Virus record (IMG/VR): IMGVR_UViG_3300022074_000025
Span: 6,490-70,489 of that record
Strand: one strand, 5' to 3'
DNA: 64,000 bases
From: a virus
Below, one piece after another: positions 59,289 to 64,000 of this stretch. Position numbers and translations under genes: made by a program. The first letter of the stretch is position 1, and each line of letters begins with the position of its first letter. A model generated the notes under the pieces. It made no database searches, was not told the DNA's origin, and saw only the letters and a program-made list of their open reading frames with translations.

Positions 59289-59947
59289 TGCTTACACCAG
59301 CAAGTAAAAGAATATGTATATGGGCAGTGCCTAGAAGTGGAAGTAGTTTTTTATATACTGGGTTAAAGAAACATTTAAGGAATAATTACAATAATTTTAA
59401 TACACTATTTAATAATTTACACAGAGGAAGTGAACCATTTAGAACTACTAAAGAAGATTACACTGCTATGCTACAAGCGTTTAAGAGAGAACCAAATTGG
59501 TTAGCAAAGTTACACAGTATAGATCTAAGACACTTGCAAGCACATAGTATAGATAAAGTATTTTATGATATGTGTGACTACAATATAGTATTAACAAGAA
59601 AAGATTTATTTGAAGCAACATTAAGTTTATGCATTGCAAAACAAAAAAAGCAATTTATTAATAATCAGGATAGCATACCCATAACTATTAGGGAAAGTTT
59701 CTTTGAACGTGAGTACGGAGGAACAATAGATAACACAAATAGAATAATAGATTATGTAAAAGCTGATACTGTATTGTACACAGAAGAACTGCCTAGCAAT
59801 CCCAATAGTATTTGGAGTATGCTTACAGGCACTGAGCCCATTAAGTTAATAGACAATCCAATAGAAATGAGTCCAGACAAACAAAGCGTAGTTACAAACT
59901 ACGACGAACTAAAAGAGTTATATAATGCGTTGCGTACTAGCAGATAG
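59288..59947 (+). CDS. Sulfotransferase-like protein (Stf0/P-loop type)
   Basis: PRSGSS 5'-PSB motif, LTRKD....LS 3'-PB motif, YTEE and NYDEL. Confidence 0.7.
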   Translation: MLTPASKRICIWAVPRSGSSFLYTGLKKHLRNNYNNFNTLFNNLHRGSEPFRTTKEDYTAMLQAFKREPNWLAKLHSIDLRHLQAHSIDKVFYDMCDYNIVLTRKDLFEATLSLCIAKQKKQFINNQDSIPITIRESFFEREYGGTIDNTNRIIDYVKADTVLYTEELPSNPNSIWSMLTGTEPIKLIDNPIEMSPDKQSVVTNYDELKELYNALRTSR

Positions 59948-61046
59948 TGGAATACATGTAAGACCCAATGGCGACATTACAATGTGTTGTGATCAAGCAA
60001 GCCTTGGACTAAATGCTAAAGACCATACGCTACAACAAGCATACGCAAGTCCACAGTTTAAACGTGTAAGAGATAACCTAGCAAATGATATTAAAGACTC
60101 AAGTTGTAAGATATGTTGGCTAAGTGAGGATGCAGGATTAGATAGTCCTCGCACACGCTTTAGTGCAATGCATGAAGACAGCAATCATCTAAGTCATTGG
60201 GATATTAGAGATGATAACCTATGTAACATGGCATGTAGGATATGCGGACCATACAGTAGCAGTATGTGGAATAGTGAGGCTCTTAAACATAAAGAAGACA
60301 GTCTATACTATCACATGCCCATAAGCGACACAATAGTTCAAGGCACAAAGACAAACACTATAGAAGCATTTAAGGAAAACCTACAGCATTGTAAATCAGT
60401 TTACTTTGCAGGTGGTGAACCACTTATTAATAACACACATTGGGATATATTAAAAACACTTTATGATAATGAGATGTGGGACGTACATGTTAGATACAAT
60501 ACTAATCTAATGAAGACACAGTATAAAGGTATGGACGCTCTGGATATGTGGGAGAAGTTCACTAGGTTAAGTGTTGCTGTAAGCGTGGATGCAGTTGGTG
60601 AACTAGCAGAGTATGCAAGAACTGGTACAGTGTGGCAAACACTTGAAAACAATATTAAACGTTTAGCAGAATACCATAGAGTACAGGCAAACATAACCAC
60701 AAGTATATTAACAATACACGAACTGGATAAAACTATAGAACATCTAAAGCATATAGGTGTTGCAGACATCTACTACTTTAATGTATTACGCACACCAAAC
60801 TTTTTAAATATTAATCTATTACCAAGTGGATATAAAGAACAATTATTAAAAAAATTAAATTTAGAACAGTTTGAAGATAGCAAGGGCATAGAACACCTAC
60901 GCAATATACTATTTGAAGAACCAGACAATAAAGAAGAACTAATAGGACAGTTTAAATATTATAATGAGAAGTTGGACGCAGTTCGAGATACAGATTTACG
61001 AAGTGTTAATCCTGAATTATATGAGGTAATATATGAAACAAATTAG
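59925..61046 (+). CDS. Radical SAM protein with an N-terminal SPASM/twitch-like domain
   Basis: CNMACRIC, FAGGEP and YNTN; N-terminal C...MCC...CKICW. Confidence 0.88.
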   Translation: MRCVLADSGIHVRPNGDITMCCDQASLGLNAKDHTLQQAYASPQFKRVRDNLANDIKDSSCKICWLSEDAGLDSPRTRFSAMHEDSNHLSHWDIRDDNLCNMACRICGPYSSSMWNSEALKHKEDSLYYHMPISDTIVQGTKTNTIEAFKENLQHCKSVYFAGGEPLINNTHWDILKTLYDNEMWDVHVRYNTNLMKTQYKGMDALDMWEKFTRLSVAVSVDAVGELAEYARTGTVWQTLENNIKRLAEYHRVQANITTSILTIHELDKTIEHLKHIGVADIYYFNVLRTPNFLNINLLPSGYKEQLLKKLNLEQFEDSKGIEHLRNILFEEPDNKEELIGQFKYYNEKLDAVRDTDLRSVNPELYEVIYETN

Positions 61047-61944
61047 TTTTAATTTTACAAACACAGAAATATTATTTGATTTAGTCGATGCACCTGTAGC
61101 AGATGCATGGTGGCAACAGATGCAATTAAAACAAAGCCGAGAAGAGTTAACACCACGTATAAGTATGGAGCCTGACTTCCCACGCTTTCGTGATATAACA
61201 GAGTGCAACACAAACATATTGCACAACGTTAAACAAATGGAACAGTATGATTTTTATTTGGATTGGCCAGAGGATATAGATACAGTTACACAGGAGAAAC
61301 TTAATACCCTGCATCAACAGTTTCATGCAAAAGAAGAACTGCATAAAGATGAGTTACCACAGTCTGCACATGATACACTACAGCAGATAAACCAATACGT
61401 TCACCAGATGGAACAGATCATGTGGAGTAGGATAAATGATCCTGTTAATTATGCTGTACTTGATTTTGGTACACAAGCAACTGAACTTGAGATACAGCGT
61501 GATATAGAACTAGAAGAGAGAACTTGGTTTCAGGAAGCATACTATGAACAACAGAATCCTGTGGCTTTGCTGTTGGGGTATGCTACACTGGGCAAGCATC
61601 TGGGACATTGTGTATGGACAGATGACGTACAGGTTGTAAAAGATGGTATGCTACGTCCACAGAAACATATATACACACAGGTTTTATTTAGACAACAACC
61701 CAGTTTTACGCCACGCACACCATCAGACGTACAACGACACAACCTCGCTCAGTACCAACAGCAGGCTAGATGGATACTCAAAAACAAACTTGAAGCGTAT
61801 GTATCAGCTGATGATCCTGTACACTGTTACAGTACTGCACCAGTACTTGCTTATGCAAATGCACAACATGCAAATTTAACTGAACAGGATTGGTTTAACG
61901 TATGGACAACGCAGACTTGGTTAAGCGTAGATCTTATAACTTAA
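61033..61944 (+). CDS. Hypothetical protein, 303 aa
   Basis: Operonic ORF with LNTLHQQF, INQYVHQME and LGYATLGK segments. Confidence 0.7.
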   Translation: MKQISFNFTNTEILFDLVDAPVADAWWQQMQLKQSREELTPRISMEPDFPRFRDITECNTNILHNVKQMEQYDFYLDWPEDIDTVTQEKLNTLHQQFHAKEELHKDELPQSAHDTLQQINQYVHQMEQIMWSRINDPVNYAVLDFGTQATELEIQRDIELEERTWFQEAYYEQQNPVALLLGYATLGKHLGHCVWTDDVQVVKDGMLRPQKHIYTQVLFRQQPSFTPRTPSDVQRHNLAQYQQQARWILKNKLEAYVSADDPVHCYSTAPVLAYANAQHANLTEQDWFNVWTTQTWLSVDLIT

Positions 61945-62893
61945 TCTTTATACGATCCTGTATCCATTGTCTAGTGTAGAACCTTACTGCCTTGTGTGAA
62001 TCCACAGGGCATTCTGCTGTTAACTTATCTAGATCCCAGGTATCACGTAATAGACTAAACTCTATAGCGGGCTTACGCTTATCGCGTGGCACACTTTCAT
62101 CATATGTAAGTTTATCAGTTCGTATATCCACAAACGGATATTTTGCAGTACAACACAAGCCAGCAGATCTTGCGGCAGTTAATAGACTGGTGTGTCCACA
62201 CATTGTATGTACTATGGGTGACTTACTAGCAAATTGTTCTAGGTTTCCATACATAATGAACTGTAGTTCTGTTGCTAGAGCATCCATACTATAACTTGAA
62301 CCCACCACAACTATATCCTGTAGTCCCCAGGTACCCCAGTCCTTTGTGTATAGGGGTTGCACCATTAGCCAATTATTATACAGCGGATAGCCCATAGTCT
62401 GTTCGAACTCAACTAGACCAATGTCATTGTACCAGCGTCTTAGGTAATTCAGCATATTACCTGGTGAAAGCAGTACATCATAACGTGTTAGCAAGACTAG
62501 GTCATACACAAAGTGGTTAGCGTTCTCATACTCAGTCTTTAGTCTTATGCTGTCGCTCATTGAATAGAATATACCATTGCGAGGACAGTCACGCTCCTTA
62601 AAGGTAGCATCCACTGAATCTGGTATTATGTTAACTGATTTAGCTCGCCACTTGTTCCATAGTTTAGATTCTAGATCAGATGCATCCACATACTCAGCGG
62701 CATTTTTACCCTGTGCTTCTGCAGATTTTGAAAACTCATAGGTTGCAATACGCTTACTACTACAGAAGAAGTCCACTGTACAGCCCGCGGCATCAGCTAT
62801 TTGCTGAAAGTAATCTGCTAAGTAGTCACCCGCACGATACTGACCATAGAAACATATGGCTATACGCTGACATTTATGGGCAAATCTTTTCAT
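61934..62893 (-). CDS. Hypothetical protein, possibly glycosyltransferase-related
   Basis: IAICFYGQYR and YDLVLLTRYD motifs of the type seen in viral glycan-cluster proteins. Confidence 0.55.
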   Translation of the reverse strand: MKRFAHKCQRIAICFYGQYRAGDYLADYFQQIADAAGCTVDFFCSSKRIATYEFSKSAEAQGKNAAEYVDASDLESKLWNKWRAKSVNIIPDSVDATFKERDCPRNGIFYSMSDSIRLKTEYENANHFVYDLVLLTRYDVLLSPGNMLNYLRRWYNDIGLVEFEQTMGYPLYNNWLMVQPLYTKDWGTWGLQDIVVVGSSYSMDALATELQFIMYGNLEQFASKSPIVHTMCGHTSLLTAARSAGLCCTAKYPFVDIRTDKLTYDESVPRDKRKPAIEFSLLRDTWDLDKLTAECPVDSHKAVRFYTRQWIQDRIKIKL

Positions 62894-63404
62894 CTGTTAC
62901 CTGCATCAATAGATTTGTATGTGTATACTTGTGTATGTTTAGGTTAAGTGCTGGTGGTATCCAACGCCATTCCGGTTCTAAACTGGGTTCTTCTTTTGTA
63001 AGCGTGAGCTTTGAACCCTCATACTGTTTGTAAGCCTGTGTGAAACGAGTCATAGCATGTAGTGTACCCCAGAGGAAGTTTAGATCATAGGGTAAGGGCA
63101 TACCATTCTCACGTTGCCATTCACGATGTTTTGGCCATGCAAAGTACACAGTACGAGCTGAACACGCAGGTTCTGGTTTAGTCTTTAGATCTTCTACCCA
63201 GGAACCTTCCGGTATGCTGGTAATACAGTATACAACAGGTTGACTTCGCAACTGCGACCAGGGATCACTGCTCAGGATCTCACAACAGTTCTGATAGTGA
63301 GCATACATTAGACTGGCAAAGTTCGTGCTACTCGCATAACGCACCAGTGTATTGCTGGTCCTTTGTACTTGACTTTGTGGATTTACTATGCTATAGTATG
63401 GCAT
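62874..63404 (-). CDS. Hypothetical protein, 176 aa
   Basis: ORF preceded by TATAAATA and overlapping the next minus-strand gene. Confidence 0.6.
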   Translation of the reverse strand: MPYYSIVNPQSQVQRTSNTLVRYASSTNFASLMYAHYQNCCEILSSDPWSQLRSQPVVYCITSIPEGSWVEDLKTKPEPACSARTVYFAWPKHREWQRENGMPLPYDLNFLWGTLHAMTRFTQAYKQYEGSKLTLTKEEPSLEPEWRWIPPALNLNIHKYTHTNLLMQVTDEKICP

Positions 63405-63409
63405 AAGTA

Positions 63410-63417
63410 TATTTATA
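63410..63417 (-). promoter_or_regulatory. T4-type late promoter TATAAATA, 5 nt before ATG 63404
   Basis: Exact consensus. Confidence 0.75.
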
Positions 63418-63430
63418 GGAATTAACGCCC

Positions 63431-64000
63431 ATGTTATTACGTGAAGACGACAGAGCTGTTATAGAACAGATCAACGGCACTGTTGTAAAGACATTCAAGC
63501 CAGGATATCATCTGGACTGCCATCCACGTATTGGTGTGTTTAGACCTGACTGGTTACACCACGTAAACAAGTTTAGTGATGAATATGCACACTTTCCCAG
63601 AGTACTTGAACTAAGCCCTGAACGACTAGTTACAGAATATGTGCCGGGTAATACTATCCGCACACAGCGTACACAGAGCTGGCGACATGATCTAGATACT
63701 CAGAGACGATTTTTTTTGAGAATGCAGAGACTATATCATCAGTTTGTGGCTAATCTACTACAGTACAATCACGATAATGGTGTGTACATGGTGCATTCAG
63801 ATCTAAACCTAAGCAACATGTTTATAGTAAACAATGAAGACTCAAAGTTCAGCAATCGTGTGGTGTGTATAGACATAGACTCAGTGCGTATTAACCATAC
63901 ATATACAGAACACAACTGGCTTAATATACCCAACGCAATGATGCAGGTTACTAGTGATGAGCTTAACATGCACAATCATAGAGAGACCACACAAGCACTT
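63431..64000 (+). CDS. Protein-kinase-like (APH/Kdo/RIO-type fold) protein; partial, runs off the right edge
   Basis: Not in the ORF track. Manual translation MLLREDDRAV... is open for 190 codons and contains VVK, FPRV, VTEYVPG, HSDLNLSN (catalytic loop) and CIDID. Confidence 0.7.
   Translation, partial: MLLREDDRAVIEQINGTVVKTFKPGYHLDCHPRIGVFRPDWLHHVNKFSDEYAHFPRVLELSPERLVTEYVPGNTIRTQRTQSWRHDLDTQRRFFLRMQRLYHQFVANLLQYNHDNGVYMVHSDLNLSNMFIVNNEDSKFSNRVVCIDIDSVRINHTYTEHNWLNIPNAMMQVTSDELNMHNHRETTQAL

Noticed and set aside
1-64000. Stop-codon recoding, tRNA genes, reverse transcriptase/DGR, integrase or transposase
   Set aside because: Core genes are full length in the standard code with high coding density. 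I saw no cloverleaf, RT or transposase motifs by eye; tRNAscan was not run.

Overview
The window is part of a large T4-related (gp23/gp20/gp55-type) jumbo myophage genome, AT-rich, using the standard genetic code. The minus strand (1-19.9 kb) carries a partial fibre-like protein with (V/L)TG(D/N) repeats, other virion proteins, the head module (major capsid protein, scaffold, prohead protease, acidic core protein, portal) and two paralogous tape-measure-like genes. The middle holds a gp26-like/gp51-like pair joined by a candidate -1 frameshift site, a ~330-nt highly structured non-coding element directly behind a minimal GIY-YIG nuclease gene, and gp46, gp47 and gp55. The plus strand (26.3-51.4 kb) is the baseplate/tail module: gp48/54-like, gp53, hub, gp5, lysozyme-like, gp25, gp6 and a 3646-aa wedge-like protein. 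It is followed by a glycan/small-molecule modification cluster (glycosyltransferase-like proteins, ThyX, two radical SAM enzymes, SGNH-like, sulfotransferase-like and kinase-like proteins). T4-type late promoters (TATAAATA and variants) and two near-perfect sigma70 promoters can be read directly. The best candidates for new biology are the GIY-YIG plus structured RNA unit (21640-22403) and the gp26/gp51 frameshift. All family assignments come from motif recognition by eye; no database search was run.
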